A stretch of DNA of 49,008 nucleotides, taken from contig CAZGIO010000001.1 of assembly GCA_964525975.1 (NCBI GenBank), positions 1 through 49,008 of the forward strand, given 5' to 3'. The DNA comes from an uncultured bacterium. GTDB lineage: Bacteria; Macinerneyibacteriota; Macinerneyibacteria; Macinerneyibacteriales; DSCS01. Position 1 is the stretch's first letter; every line of letters begins with the position of its first letter. Positions 1-14,360 of this stretch are shown here, one piece after another. A model generated the notes under the pieces. That model ran no database searches. It saw only the letters and a program-made list of their open reading frames with translations, and had not been told where the DNA came from. Made by a program: the position numbers and the translations under genes.

Positions 1-44
1 CCTGCTCCCAAGGCAGGTGCGCTACCGGGCTGCGCTACACCCCG
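1..44 (-). tRNA. tRNA-Pro (anticodon TGG), 5' portion only, truncated by window edge
   Basis: Reverse complement of 1-44 reads CGGGGTG-TA-GCGC-AGCCCGGTA-GCGC-A-CCTGC-CTTGGGA-GCAGG: acceptor 5' arm, D-arm and complete anticodon stem-loop with TGG. The 3' half lies outside the window. Confidence 0.8.
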
Positions 45-163
45 TTTCCAAGGCACGGGTATATTAATACAGGAGCGTATGTTTGTCAACTGAAAAAACA
101 TCACAATCTTCCTTCATCTCATATGAGAGAGTGTAACCGGCCATGGGTATAAAGAGAAAAGTA

Positions 164-191
164 TTGTGTTTAATTCTAATTAATGTAAAAT
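164..191 (+). promoter_or_regulatory. candidate sigma70-type promoter for the acyl-CoA synthetase gene
   Basis: TTGTGT (164-169), 16-nt spacer, TAAAAT (186-191), about 20 nt upstream of ATG 211. Confidence 0.3.
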
Positions 192-210
192 CTCGTAATG
201 GGAGGTAGGT

Positions 211-1854
211 ATGGAACATAAAAACATGATATCAGTTATAAACGAAGTTATGGGGACGTTTGGAGAACGCAAAGCCTTTACTGATTACGGCGGAGAGAGC
301 ATCAGATATGCTGATCTTTACAGCAGGATGCGCCGAAACCATGACCTTTTTAAAGCCATGGAGATTAAAAAAGGGGACAAGATAGCGCTTCTAGGGAAAA
401 ACTCAACTGGATGGGCTGTCTCTTATCTTTCCACGGTATCGTTTGGAGCGGTAATAGTGCCGATACTTGTGGATTTTCATCCAGAAGACATCCATCACAT
501 CTTGAACCATTCGGCGTCAAGGATACTGTTTACTTCTGAAAGTATGTTCCAGAAGATCGATGAGACATCACTGAAAGGGATAAAGCTCATCGTCTCATTT
601 GAGACAGGGAGTATATTATATGCCGCCGAGGAAGGGAAGAACATATCGAAACGGTGGGATCCGCAGAAAGAGTTCGATGGGTTCCAGCCCTTTGAGACTC
701 AGGCTGAAGCCGATGACTGTGCTGCTCTTGTATACACATCGGGCACCTCAGGCTTTTCCAAGGGTGTGATGATACCCCACAGGTCTCTTATGGTCAATAT
801 TGCTTTTTCACAGGAAAACATGCCCCTCAGCCCGGGAGACAACATCTTGTCATTTTTACCACTTGCCCATGCCTACGGCTGTACCATAGACCTTCTTTTT
901 CCGTTCTCCAAGGGATGTCATATCACTTTCCTTCCCACAATACCATCTCCTAAAATATTGCTTAAAGCCCTTGCGGAAGTAAAGCCCAGGCTGCTGAACA
1001 TGGTGCCTCTTATTATCGAGAAAGTGTACAGGAAAAGCATAGCGCCCCTCCTTGGAAAGGGGTCCTTGAAGTTTCTTACATCCATACCTATCTCAAGAGA
1101 GATAATTTACGGAAAGATCCGGAAAAAACTGTATGAGTCATTCGGTAACAATTTTCTCGAAGTGATCGTGGGAGGAGCGCCGCTGAACCCCGATGTTGAA
1201 AAATTTTTTAAGAAACTGAGATTTCCCCTCAGCGTGGGATACGGCATGACAGAATGCGGGCCATTGATATCATATGCTTCCTGGGACAAGCACCCGGAAG
1301 CTTCGGTGGGGAAATGCATCTATTACAGCGAAATGAAGATAGACTCAGAAGATCCAGCTCACATACCAGGCGAGATCATGGTGAAGGGACCCAATGTCAT
1401 GCTGGGATATTACCGCAATGATTCAGCGACGGAAGAAGCTCTGGACAGCGAAGGGTGGCTTCATACCGGTGACCTGGGACTGGTGGATGACGAGGGATAC
1501 ATCTATATAAAAGGAAGAAGCAAAAATATGATATTGGGACCTTCGGGTCAGAACATCTATCCCGAGGAGATAGAGAGCAAGCTGAACAGCATGCCCTTTG
1601 TGCAGGAATCTCTTGTAATGAGCGACAGCAGTGGGATTTACGCTCTTGTATACCCCAGCTATGACGAGATCGATGAAAAGGAGTATGATGCAGGGGACCT
1701 TGAAGAGTTTATCAGGGCAAAGATGGAGGAAAACAGAGAGACCGCCAATGGGGTGCTTCCGGCTTATGCCAAGATCAGGAGAATAAAACTCCAGCCTGAG
1801 CCGTTTGAGAAGACTCCAACGAAAAAGATCAAGAGGTATCTCTATACGAAATGA
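211..1854 (+). CDS. AMP-forming acyl-CoA synthetase (long-chain-fatty-acid--CoA ligase-like, ANL superfamily)
   Basis: 547-aa ORF with GGGAGG 5 nt upstream of the ATG. ANL motifs YTSGTSGFSKGV, GYGMTE, HTGDLG, KGRSKNMI. Confidence 0.85.
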   Translation: MEHKNMISVINEVMGTFGERKAFTDYGGESIRYADLYSRMRRNHDLFKAMEIKKGDKIALLGKNSTGWAVSYLSTVSFGAVIVPILVDFHPEDIHHILNHSASRILFTSESMFQKIDETSLKGIKLIVSFETGSILYAAEEGKNISKRWDPQKEFDGFQPFETQAEADDCAALVYTSGTSGFSKGVMIPHRSLMVNIAFSQENMPLSPGDNILSFLPLAHAYGCTIDLLFPFSKGCHITFLPTIPSPKILLKALAEVKPRLLNMVPLIIEKVYRKSIAPLLGKGSLKFLTSIPISREIIYGKIRKKLYESFGNNFLEVIVGGAPLNPDVEKFFKKLRFPLSVGYGMTECGPLISYASWDKHPEASVGKCIYYSEMKIDSEDPAHIPGEIMVKGPNVMLGYYRNDSATEEALDSEGWLHTGDLGLVDDEGYIYIKGRSKNMILGPSGQNIYPEEIESKLNSMPFVQESLVMSDSSGIYALVYPSYDEIDEKEYDAGDLEEFIRAKMEENRETANGVLPAYAKIRRIKLQPEPFEKTPTKKIKRYLYTK

Positions 1855-1859
1855 ATGGG

Positions 1860-1887
1860 TTGACTAATAATAGAAAATATTTATAAT
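1860..1887 (+). promoter_or_regulatory. candidate sigma70-type promoter for greA
   Basis: TTGACT (1860-1865), 16-nt spacer, TATAAT (1882-1887). Confidence 0.45.
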
Positions 1888-1928
1888 CATCACACAACGA
1901 TGTTTATTCTGCAAGGGAGGCCTTTCTG

Positions 1929-2405
1929 ATGAAGGAATTTTACATATCTAAAGAAAAATACATGGAATTAGCGCAGGAGCTGGACCGCCTAAAAAAGGTG
2001 GAAAGGCCCGCTGTCATAAAAGCCATACAGGAAGCTCGCGCCTTGGGAGACCTCAGTGAGAATGCTGAATATTCCTCTGCCAAGGACAAACAGGGCATCA
2101 TAGAGTCAAGGATATCGGAGCTGCAGGAAAAGATCACATACGCTCGAATTTTCGATGAGTCAAAAGTGCGTACAGATGTGGTGGTGGTCGGTGTCAAAGT
2201 GACTCTGAAAGACCTTGTGGAACTGAAAGAAGTGGAGTATATCATCGTAGGTCAGGATGATGCGGATTACTCGCAGAACAAAGTTTCAAATGAATCACCT
2301 GTGGGGAAAGTGATGATCGGAAAAAAAGTGGGGGATAAAGTACTGGTCAGAGCTCCAGGTGGATCAAAAAAATATGAGATAATAAAGATCGAAAAGGGTT
2401 TCTAA
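1929..2405 (+). CDS. greA: transcription elongation factor GreA
   Basis: 158 aa. N-terminal coiled coil with the acidic-tip motif GDLSENAEY, plus a C-terminal globular domain. GGGAGG SD upstream. Confidence 0.9.
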   Translation: MKEFYISKEKYMELAQELDRLKKVERPAVIKAIQEARALGDLSENAEYSSAKDKQGIIESRISELQEKITYARIFDESKVRTDVVVVGVKVTLKDLVELKEVEYIIVGQDDADYSQNKVSNESPVGKVMIGKKVGDKVLVRAPGGSKKYEIIKIEKGF

Positions 2406-2417
2406 TCAAGGAGGTGT

Positions 2418-3755
2418 TTGGTGTTGACATTCAGGGGAGGTATTCACCCTCCGGAGGGCAAGGAGCTGAGCGAGGAAAAGGGGCTTGAAAGGCTGCCCCT
2501 GCCTGAACGGGTCATAATACCCGTCTCTCAGCATATCGGAGCCCCGGCGGAGATCATCGTAAAAATAGGAGACAAGGTCAAGACAGGACAGAAAATAGCC
2601 GCTTCAAAAGGTAAGATATCGGCTAACATACATGCTTCTGTCACGGGAACAGTGAAAGCCATAGGCAATTTCCCCAATCCTGTATCGGGGAAAGGGAAGG
2701 CTATCGTCATAGAACGTGATGGAGATGACCAGTGGTTTGAATATCCCGCTCTGGACACAGAAAGCATAGAGGGGTCAAAGATCATCGAGATCGCAGAAGA
2801 GATGGGTATCGTAGGCATGGGAGGCGCGACGTTTCCCACACATGTAAAATTGTCTCCTCCACCATGGAAGAAGACTGATACAGTGATATTAAACGGGGCT
2901 GAGTGCGAGCCTTTTCTCACATGTGACGACAGGCTCATGCGCGAAGAACCCCACGGAATAGTAAAAGGTCTGGCTCTTATCATGAAAGCCACAGGGGCGC
3001 AGAAGGGTTTTATCGGCATCGAACATAATAAGCCCCATGCGGTTTCTGCCATGAAGGAGGCCTGCAAAGGTGTTGATTCCATCGAAGTTGCCGTTGTAAA
3101 AACAAAGTATCCTCAGGGAGCGGAGAAACAGCTTATCGATTCGATACTGGACAGAAAAGTACCGTACGGCGGACTTCCAATAGATGTGGGAGTCGTCGTC
3201 CAGAACGTGGGTACCGCATTTGCTCTTTTTGAAGCTGTAGCCAAAGGGAAGCCCCTCATAGAAAGAGCTGTAACAGTGAGCGGCGGGGGCATGAAAAAAA
3301 CAGCCAACTTTATCTCCAGAGTGGGGGATACATACGATAATCTCATTGAGACTGCCGGCGGCATGAAAGAGGACGCCGGAATGGTCATATCAGGCGGTCC
3401 CATGATGGGTTTTGCCCAATATACGGTTAAAGACCTCCCTGTGACCAAGGGTACGTCTGGGATACTTGTATTTAAAAAAGACGAATTGGCCAGGGAACCG
3501 GAATCTCCCTGTATATCCTGTGCTTCATGCGTGGATATATGCCCCATGCATCTCATGCCCACAAAACTGGTCTCCCTTGTAAGAAACGGAAGATATGAAG
3601 ATGCTGAATCCATGAATATCGGCGCCTGTATTGAATGCGGCAGCTGCGCCTTCGTATGTCCGTCAAAGATTTCTCTTGTACAGTATGTAAGACTCGGCAA
3701 GATGGAACTGAGAAAGATAAAGGCGAAAGCCAACGCATCGAAGGGAGATAAATAA
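2418..3755 (+). CDS. rnfC: Rnf electron-transport complex subunit C
   Basis: N-terminus FRGGIHP, barrel-sandwich motif KIGDKVKTGQKI, GMGGATFPTHVK, two ferredoxin motifs CISCASCVDICP and CIECGSCAFVCP. Start is ambiguous (TTG 2418 / GTG 2421 / TTG 2424) after AAGGAGG at 2408-2414. Confidence 0.9.
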   Translation: MVLTFRGGIHPPEGKELSEEKGLERLPLPERVIIPVSQHIGAPAEIIVKIGDKVKTGQKIAASKGKISANIHASVTGTVKAIGNFPNPVSGKGKAIVIERDGDDQWFEYPALDTESIEGSKIIEIAEEMGIVGMGGATFPTHVKLSPPPWKKTDTVILNGAECEPFLTCDDRLMREEPHGIVKGLALIMKATGAQKGFIGIEHNKPHAVSAMKEACKGVDSIEVAVVKTKYPQGAEKQLIDSILDRKVPYGGLPIDVGVVVQNVGTAFALFEAVAKGKPLIERAVTVSGGGMKKTANFISRVGDTYDNLIETAGGMKEDAGMVISGGPMMGFAQYTVKDLPVTKGTSGILVFKKDELAREPESPCISCASCVDICPMHLMPTKLVSLVRNGRYEDAESMNIGACIECGSCAFVCPSKISLVQYVRLGKMELRKIKAKANASKGDK

Positions 3756-4828
3756 TGGGTGAGAACAGATTATTTGTGGCGACTTCACCTCATATTAAGA
3801 AGAACATATCCATCACAAGGATCATGTGGATCGTTGTGTTGTCTCTTGTGCCTGCTTTCATCCACACTGTCTATCTTTTCGGCATGAGGACAGTCTGGGT
3901 CACTTTGACTGCATTGCTGACCGCAGTGGCCTCAGAAGCATTGACACAGTTCATGTTCAGGAAAAAGATCACGGTATATGACGGCAGTGCTGTGCTGACC
4001 GCGCTGCTCCTTGTCTTTAATGTGCCTCCTCAGATCGAACTTTGGAAAGTCTCTCTGGGGACAATATTCGCCATCGTCGTGGTAAAACAGCTTTTCGGAG
4101 GCCTGGGATACAATATTTTCAATCCCGCCCTTGCAGGGAGAGCTTTTCTCATGGCATCATATACTTCCAGCATGACCACGGGATGGTCCGCTCCACGTGG
4201 AGGACTTCTCTCCATATCAAGGGATCTGTTTCAGAGTCCTGCGGCTGCTGAAGCGGGAAAGTTCATCGATGCTGTCACATCGGCCACGCCTCTGGGAGCG
4301 CTGAAAAGCGCCAAAGCTGCGCTGGACAATCCCGCATTGAAAGAGACAGCTGTCACAGCGGTAAACAACCTTTATTCCAATGCCACTGTGGAACAGGCAT
4401 TTTGGGGAAAGATAGGTGGCTGTTTCGGTGAGATAACAGCTGCGGCTCTGCTCCTCGGCGCTCTGGTCCTGCTGATCTTCAAGATAATAGACTGGCGCAT
4501 ACCTGCGGGGTACCTTGGCACCATGGCTGCCCTTACATGGGCTTTTGGAGGGATACACGGTCTCTTCAGCGGTAATCCTCTTTTTCATCTCTTCACAGGG
4601 GGACTCATACTCGGTGCATTTTACATGGCCACAGATATGGTTACATCGCCCATGACAGGGAAGGGGAAATGGATATTTGCCATAGCCCTTGGAGTGCTCA
4701 CGTTCACAATAAGGACATGGGGAGGATATCCCGAAGGAGTGTCATACTCCATACTTCTGATGAATATTTTTGTACCTCTCATTGACAAATACACAGTGCC
4801 TCAGGTACTGGGAGGAGTAAAGAGATGA
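3755..4828 (+). CDS. rnfD: Rnf complex subunit D
   Basis: 357-aa polytopic membrane protein. TAATG overlap with rnfC. Conserved FMN-attachment motif TSATPLG. Confidence 0.9.
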   Translation: MGENRLFVATSPHIKKNISITRIMWIVVLSLVPAFIHTVYLFGMRTVWVTLTALLTAVASEALTQFMFRKKITVYDGSAVLTALLLVFNVPPQIELWKVSLGTIFAIVVVKQLFGGLGYNIFNPALAGRAFLMASYTSSMTTGWSAPRGGLLSISRDLFQSPAAAEAGKFIDAVTSATPLGALKSAKAALDNPALKETAVTAVNNLYSNATVEQAFWGKIGGCFGEITAAALLLGALVLLIFKIIDWRIPAGYLGTMAALTWAFGGIHGLFSGNPLFHLFTGGLILGAFYMATDMVTSPMTGKGKWIFAIALGVLTFTIRTWGGYPEGVSYSILLMNIFVPLIDKYTVPQVLGGVKR

Positions 4829-5451
4829 AAGAGACAATAAAACTTGGGTTTGCTCTCCTGGCTGTGACCTTTATAGCCGGTTTTGTGCTGAACAAAGTAT
4901 ATACAGTGACAAAGCCCAGGATCGATGCCATCAAGGCGATGGAAGAAGAATCGGCAAAGACAGCTGTCCTGTCCGGGGCTGAAAAATATGTGGAAAGACT
5001 CATGGATCAGGACATGGATCCCGAAGCTCTTATTGGCAGACATGCGGTAAACCGTTACTGGGTCGCTGAAAACAGCGACGGCATCATGGGATATGTAGTC
5101 AAAGTTTACGGTTATGGATACGATCCGACGCCTATCATCGCAATGCTGGGTATGGATACCCTGGGACGTATAACAGGTGTGAAGATCATTCAACAGGCGG
5201 AGACACCTGGACTGGGAGCCCGATGCACAGAGACGGAAAAACAGGGCGATGTTGAAGTAACATGGTTTACAGAGCAGTATAAAGGCCTGAAAGGCGGAGC
5301 CATCGAGGTGGTAAAGAGATCCCCTGAAGAGGGTGAAGACGCCATTACAGCCATCACAGGGGCAACTGTCACGTCAAGCGCTGTAACAGACAGTATAAAC
5401 AGCGCTGCAGACAGCCTGTTTAAAAGCATCACGGAAGGAGCCGCCGAATGA
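4825..5451 (+). CDS. rnfG: Rnf complex subunit G
   Basis: 208 aa with an N-terminal membrane anchor and the FMN-binding motif ITGATVTS. 4-nt overlap with rnfD. Confidence 0.88.
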   Translation: MKETIKLGFALLAVTFIAGFVLNKVYTVTKPRIDAIKAMEEESAKTAVLSGAEKYVERLMDQDMDPEALIGRHAVNRYWVAENSDGIMGYVVKVYGYGYDPTPIIAMLGMDTLGRITGVKIIQQAETPGLGARCTETEKQGDVEVTWFTEQYKGLKGGAIEVVKRSPEEGEDAITAITGATVTSSAVTDSINSAADSLFKSITEGAAE

Positions 5452-6041
5452 AACCGTTTAAAGAGTTTTCAAAGGGCCTGGTAGCAGAAAATCCAACATT
5501 TGTAATGCTTCTCGGCCTATGTCCTACGCTGGCTGTGACATCAAGCGCTTCCAACGGACTGGGGATGGGGCTGGCCACATCGTTTGTGCTTCTCGGCTCA
5601 AACATCGTCATATCTCTTATCAAGAGCCTGGTGCCTTCAAAAGTGCGTATACCAATATTTATTGTGGTCATAGCCACGTTTGTGACTATCATACAACTTG
5701 TACTCGCCGGATATGCGCCGGAGCTGAACAGGTCGCTGGGGCTTTTCATACCCCTTATAGTGGTCAACTGTATTATACTGGGCCGTGCTGAAGCCTTCGC
5801 TTCAAAAAACAACATAGGGCTTTCCATACTGGATGCGCTGGGCATGGGGCTGGGGTTCACTCTTTCCCTGACTCTTATAGGCGCCATCAGGGAGATACTC
5901 GGAGCCAATAAGATCTTCGGCATGAAGCTTATAGAAGGGTTTGAGCCTGTGGGGATATTCATACTCCAGCCGGGGGCTTTCCTCACAATGGGTATACTCA
6001 TCGCGGTGATCAACTACTTCAAAAACAGGAAAAAGGGATAG
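5448..6041 (+). CDS. rnfE: Rnf complex subunit E
   Basis: 197-aa hydrophobic protein paralogous to the next ORF (RnfA/RnfE family). ATGA overlap with rnfG. Position in the canonical CDGEAB order. Confidence 0.88.
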   Translation: MKPFKEFSKGLVAENPTFVMLLGLCPTLAVTSSASNGLGMGLATSFVLLGSNIVISLIKSLVPSKVRIPIFIVVIATFVTIIQLVLAGYAPELNRSLGLFIPLIVVNCIILGRAEAFASKNNIGLSILDALGMGLGFTLSLTLIGAIREILGANKIFGMKLIEGFEPVGIFILQPGAFLTMGILIAVINYFKNRKKG

Positions 6042-6049
6042 GAGGAGAG

Positions 6050-6637
6050 ATGTCATTAAGCGGTATACTTATCATAGCAGTCTCTGCTATTTTTATTAAT
6101 AACTTCGTCCTTATGAAGTTTCTGGGACTCTGCCCTTTCATGGGAGTATCCAAGAAGCTCGATTCGGCCTTCGGCATGGTCGGAGCGGTCATCTTCGTCA
6201 TGACCATAGCATCTGCGGTGACCTGGGTGGTGCAGAAATATGTGCTGAACAGATATCATCTGGATTTCCTTCAGACCATAGCTTTTATCGTGGTTATAGC
6301 GTCACTTGTGCAGTTTATCGAGATGTTCCTGCAGAAATCCATACCGGATCTCTACAGAGCTCTGGGGATATTCCTTCCCCTGATCACGACAAACTGTGCC
6401 ATACTCGGTGTAACCATTATGAATATCACAGAAGAATATAATTTCATAGAGACGGTCTTCAACGGATTTTTCGCAGGCGTGGGATTCACACTCGCTCTTG
6501 TGATGATGGCGGGCATCCGCGAAAAACTTGAACTGGCCGATATACCGGAATCACTGAAAGGTATCCCCATAACATTCATAACGGCATCTCTGATGTCCCT
6601 TGCTTTTATGGGCTTCCTTGGAATGAAGATAGGGTAG
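6050..6637 (+). CDS. rnfA: Rnf complex subunit A
   Basis: 195-aa hydrophobic RnfA/RnfE-family protein. Gene order rnfCDGEAB. Confidence 0.88.
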   Translation: MSLSGILIIAVSAIFINNFVLMKFLGLCPFMGVSKKLDSAFGMVGAVIFVMTIASAVTWVVQKYVLNRYHLDFLQTIAFIVVIASLVQFIEMFLQKSIPDLYRALGIFLPLITTNCAILGVTIMNITEEYNFIETVFNGFFAGVGFTLALVMMAGIREKLELADIPESLKGIPITFITASLMSLAFMGFLGMKIG

Positions 6638-7636
6638 GTGTTAAAGATGACTGCTGCTTTGATATTGGGTTTGCTGGGACTTATCCTGGGGGTATCACTT
6701 GCCCTCGCTTCCAAAGTCTTTCATGTGGAAAAAGACGAACGCATAGAAAAAATAGAAAAAGTGCTTCCCCAGGCAAACTGCGGAGCCTGTGGATATGCAG
6801 GATGTTCAGCATTTGCTGAAGCTGTGATCAACGGCGAAGCGCCTGTGAACGGTTGCATACCGGGAGGCGCTTCGGTGGCAGAAAGTGTGGCTGCGATCAT
6901 GGGCAAAAAGGCAGATGCTTCTGCTAAAAAAGTCGCTGTTATACATTGCAACGGCAACATCAACATGATGCATGAGAAGTTCGATTACAATGGCATAGAG
7001 GACTGTAATGCAGCGGCGCTTCTCCACGGAGGAGACAATATATGCGAATATGGCTGCCTCGGTCTGCTTTCATGCCTCAAGGCTTGTCCTTTTGACGCCA
7101 TCTACGTGAAGGAGAACGGCGTACCAGCTGTGGATGAAGAGAAGTGCGTGGCCTGTGGAGTATGCGTAGATACATGCCCCAAAAGATTGATAGACATGAA
7201 ATTTTACGGGAAAGATGTGGATGTCCTCTGCTCATCCAGGGATAAAGGCGCAGCTGTGATGAAAATATGCAAAAACGGCTGTATTGGATGCGGCAAGTGT
7301 GCAAAAGTATGCCCCGCTGAAGCCATAGAGATCAGAGACAACCTTGCTGTCATCGATTATGAGAAATGTATCTCATGCGGTAAATGCGCCGAAGCATGCC
7401 CCACAAATGCCATAATTGACAACCTGTTAAAGAAGAAAGATGTCGAAAAAAGGAGTAATCCGGAAATAGAAGAGGATAAATGTATCGGCTGCACTATCTG
7501 CGCAAAAAATTGCCCGGTGAACGCAATCGAAGGAGAAGTGAAAAAAGCACATAAGATCCAGAAGGATAAATGTGTCAGCTGCGGCATCTGTGTGCAAAAA
7601 TGCCCAAAAGATGCCATAAAATGGGACCTTGCATAG
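6638..7636 (+). CDS. rnfB: Rnf complex subunit B, long polyferredoxin form
   Basis: 332 aa. N-terminal TM helix, CGACGYAGC cluster motif, then five CxxCxxCxxxCP motifs (CVACGVCVDTCP, CIGCGKCAKVCP, CISCGKCAEACP, CIGCTICAKNCP, CVSCGICVQKCP). Start is GTG 6638 or ATG 6647. Confidence 0.88.
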   Translation: MLKMTAALILGLLGLILGVSLALASKVFHVEKDERIEKIEKVLPQANCGACGYAGCSAFAEAVINGEAPVNGCIPGGASVAESVAAIMGKKADASAKKVAVIHCNGNINMMHEKFDYNGIEDCNAAALLHGGDNICEYGCLGLLSCLKACPFDAIYVKENGVPAVDEEKCVACGVCVDTCPKRLIDMKFYGKDVDVLCSSRDKGAAVMKICKNGCIGCGKCAKVCPAEAIEIRDNLAVIDYEKCISCGKCAEACPTNAIIDNLLKKKDVEKRSNPEIEEDKCIGCTICAKNCPVNAIEGEVKKAHKIQKDKCVSCGICVQKCPKDAIKWDLA

Positions 7637-7652
7637 GAAAGGAGTTTTATTC

Positions 7653-9092
7653 ATGTTCAATTCATTCAGTGAGATCAACAAGTTTGTGAAGGAAAACAAC
7701 ATAACGACCATTGATTTCAAATATTCAGACCTCAATGGAAAGATGAGGCATCTCACCATGCCTGTATCACGGCTCAATGAAAAACTCATAGAAGAGGGGG
7801 AGGCATTTGACGCTTCATCCACCTCGGGACTCAAATCAGTGGAATCCGGCGACATGGTCATCATCCCTGATATAAACACGGGATTTGTGGATCCTTTCTG
7901 GAGTGCGAACACACTTTCTTTTATCTGCCGCATAGCAGATGCAGAGACCAAGGAGTTCTTTCATATGGACCCCCGGGGTGTTGCGTTCAGAGCCAAAGAA
8001 AGCCTGAAAAAGACAGGATTTGCCGATGAGAGCCTTTGGGCTCCTGAGTTTGAGTTCTATCTGTTCTCAAAGCTTTTTTATAAAAACAATGATAATTCTG
8101 CTATGTATCATCTGGAGAGCGAGGAAAACAACTGGAACCAGGTGGAGGGCATGAGCTCTTTCAATGATCTGGAAGGCATAAAGATAACCGACAGGGACGG
8201 ATATCATGCCAATCCTCCTGTGGATCTATACTACCAGATCCGTGAGGATATGGTGGAGATCATAGAGAAGATGGGTTTCAAGATACGGTATCATCATCAT
8301 GAGGTGTCGGCAGCTTCACAGCATGAGATAGAAGTACAGCCTGTAGACATCCTCCAGGTAGGGGATCTGGGTCAGCTTGTCAAATACGTGATCAAGATGG
8401 TGGCCATGGAAAACGGGCTGCATGCGACTTTCATGCCGAAACCCCTATATAACAGAGCCGGGACAGGTATGCATTTTCACCAGTTTGCCCGCAAAAAGGG
8501 AAAGAACGTCTTTTATAAAAAAGGTGAATACGCTGATCTCAGCCAGGAAGCACTTTATTATATTGGAGGAATATGGAAGCATGGAAAAGCGCTCACCGCG
8601 TTTCTGAACCCCTCGACAAACTCATATAAAAGGCTTGTTCCGGGTTTTGAGGCGCCCACTGCCATGGTATATTCCAAGGGCAACAGGAGCGCGGCAATAA
8701 GAATCCCCAAGAACTTCACGTCTGAAGAAGACAAGAGGATCGAATACAGGACCGGAGATGCCACATGCAACATATATCTTGCCGCCTCAGCGCTGCTCAT
8801 GGCTGCCATTGACGGCATAGTGAACAAGATAGATCCCAGAAAAGAAGGCATGGGTCCGTTTGACAAAAACATAGATCATCTTCCCAAGGAAGAGACTGAA
8901 CATATATCACATGCTCCCTACAGGCTTGAAAATGCCCTTGAGGAATTGAAAAAAGACCATGAGTTCCTTCTCAGGGACGGAGTATTCAACGAGGAGATCA
9001 TTGATAGTTACATAAAACTGAAAGAAAAAGAAGTTGAATCCATAAGAAACAGGCCTCATCCCCAGGAGATAGACCTATATTTTAACTGTTAA
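7653..9092 (+). CDS. glnA: glutamine synthetase (type I-like)
   Basis: ATG 7653 is preceded by GGAAAGGAG, so it is preferred over the TTG at 7629 in the ORF track. Motifs HHHEV, NPSTNSYKRLVPGFEAP and SAAIRIP are typical of the GS catalytic domain. Confidence 0.85.
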   Translation: MFNSFSEINKFVKENNITTIDFKYSDLNGKMRHLTMPVSRLNEKLIEEGEAFDASSTSGLKSVESGDMVIIPDINTGFVDPFWSANTLSFICRIADAETKEFFHMDPRGVAFRAKESLKKTGFADESLWAPEFEFYLFSKLFYKNNDNSAMYHLESEENNWNQVEGMSSFNDLEGIKITDRDGYHANPPVDLYYQIREDMVEIIEKMGFKIRYHHHEVSAASQHEIEVQPVDILQVGDLGQLVKYVIKMVAMENGLHATFMPKPLYNRAGTGMHFHQFARKKGKNVFYKKGEYADLSQEALYYIGGIWKHGKALTAFLNPSTNSYKRLVPGFEAPTAMVYSKGNRSAAIRIPKNFTSEEDKRIEYRTGDATCNIYLAASALLMAAIDGIVNKIDPRKEGMGPFDKNIDHLPKEETEHISHAPYRLENALEELKKDHEFLLRDGVFNEEIIDSYIKLKEKEVESIRNRPHPQEIDLYFNC

Positions 9093-9117
9093 TAACGTGT
9101 AAATATACACTATTATA

Positions 9118-9146
9118 TTGACAACGGGGACTGGCGTCACTAATAT
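9118..9146 (+). promoter_or_regulatory. consensus-like sigma70 promoter for nifJ
   Basis: TTGACA (9118-9123), 17-nt spacer, TAATAT (9141-9146). AAGGAGGG SD lies just before ATG 9180. Confidence 0.55.
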
Positions 9147-9152
9147 TGATGA

Positions 9153-13188
<4,036 letters not shown>

Positions 13189-13193
13189 ATCTG

Positions 13194-13221
13194 TTGAAAT
13201 AAGACCGCCATATGGTATAAT
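13194..13221 (+). promoter_or_regulatory. candidate sigma70 promoter for the EIIA-like gene
   Basis: TTGAAA (13194-13199), 16-nt spacer, TATAAT (13216-13221). Confidence 0.5.
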
Positions 13222-13247
13222 AATTTAATACAGATGAAAAGAGGACA

Positions 13248-13706
13248 ATGGATATTAATGGATATCTGAGCAAAGATAATGTTTTTGTCATGGAAGCCTT
13301 TAAGGACAAGAGTGAACTAATCTCATTTTTATGTAAAAACATATCCGACCTGACTCGTCGCGACAGCAATATGATCATAAATGCAGTGCTTGAAAGAGAA
13401 GAAAAGATATCCACGGGAATAGGCATGGGAATAGCGGTACCCCACGGACGCATTAAAGGGTGGGGAGATACATCCATGTCTTTTCTGCTGCTTAAGGAAC
13501 CCATGGAATACGGTTCTCTGGACGGAGCCCCTGTGAGGTTTGTGATATTATTTGTTTCAGACAGAGACCGGCCGTGCGAACATGTAAATATATTGTCAAA
13601 GATCTCATATATTCTTGCAGAAGGAGATAATCTCGACAAGATATTAAACTGTTCCACCCCTGAAGAATTATACGAGACCATACTTTCTGCAGACAAGTAT
13701 TTATGA
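13248..13706 (+). CDS. PTS EIIA type-2 domain protein (PtsN / EIIA-Ntr-like)
   Basis: 152 aa with the active-site histidine context GIGMGIAVPHGR typical of fructose/mannitol-type EIIA and PtsN. No other PTS components are in the window. Confidence 0.75.
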   Translation: MDINGYLSKDNVFVMEAFKDKSELISFLCKNISDLTRRDSNMIINAVLEREEKISTGIGMGIAVPHGRIKGWGDTSMSFLLLKEPMEYGSLDGAPVRFVILFVSDRDRPCEHVNILSKISYILAEGDNLDKILNCSTPEELYETILSADKYL

Positions 13707-13718
13707 AAGCGGAAAGAC

Positions 13719-14360
13719 ATGGACTTGTCCCAGTATCTTCCACATATAACAGATGAGCGTTATTCGAGGATGAAAGATGTCCTCTCAAAAAGGTCTGAAT
13801 ACCATACTTTCGTCTTTGAGAACTTCTATGACCCGCATAATATAAGCGCTGGACTGAGGAGTCTGGAAGGACTCGGGTTTCAAACTGTGCATATCATTTC
13901 CGGGAAGAATGATATGCGGTTGAATAAAGCCATAACAAAAGGCTGCACAAAATGGCTGGACATACATATACATGATGATGCGGACAGTTGTTTCAAACGG
14001 TTGAAGGAAGATGGGTATACTGTCTTGATAGCAGATCCCAATGACAGAGGCCTCACCATAGACGGTCTCCATGATGAAGGCAAGATAGCTTTTGTCTTTG
14101 GGGAGGAGCTATATGGAGTATCCAAGCGGGCAAGGGAAATATGCGACGGCAGTTTCAGGATCCGCATGAGAGGCTTTGTGGAGAGTTTCAACGTATCGGT
14201 CTCAGTGGCTCTCACGGCTTTTGCAGCACGTCTTAATTGTGAGGCAAAAAAAGATGAGAGTTGGCTCTTAACAGGGGAGAGACAGGAAAATATCTTGAAT
14301 CAATGGCTGCTCAATAACACAATCATAGGAAAGATCGTAAAGGAGGGACAGGATGGATAA
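13719..14360 (+). CDS. SpoU/TrmH-family RNA 2'-O-methyltransferase (TrmH-like)
   Basis: 213 aa. SPOUT-type pattern (NISAGLRSLEGLG..., FGEELYGVS..., IRMRGFVESFNVSVSVAL). Confidence 0.7.
   Translation: MDLSQYLPHITDERYSRMKDVLSKRSEYHTFVFENFYDPHNISAGLRSLEGLGFQTVHIISGKNDMRLNKAITKGCTKWLDIHIHDDADSCFKRLKEDGYTVLIADPNDRGLTIDGLHDEGKIAFVFGEELYGVSKRAREICDGSFRIRMRGFVESFNVSVSVALTAFAARLNCEAKKDESWLLTGERQENILNQWLLNNTIIGKIVKEGQDG

Noticed and set aside
7620-7652. Possible sigma-54 promoter (TGGGAC...TTGCA) upstream of glnA
   Set aside because: The GG and GC elements are about 8 nt apart instead of the required ~12 nt register, so it does not fit the -24/-12 geometry.
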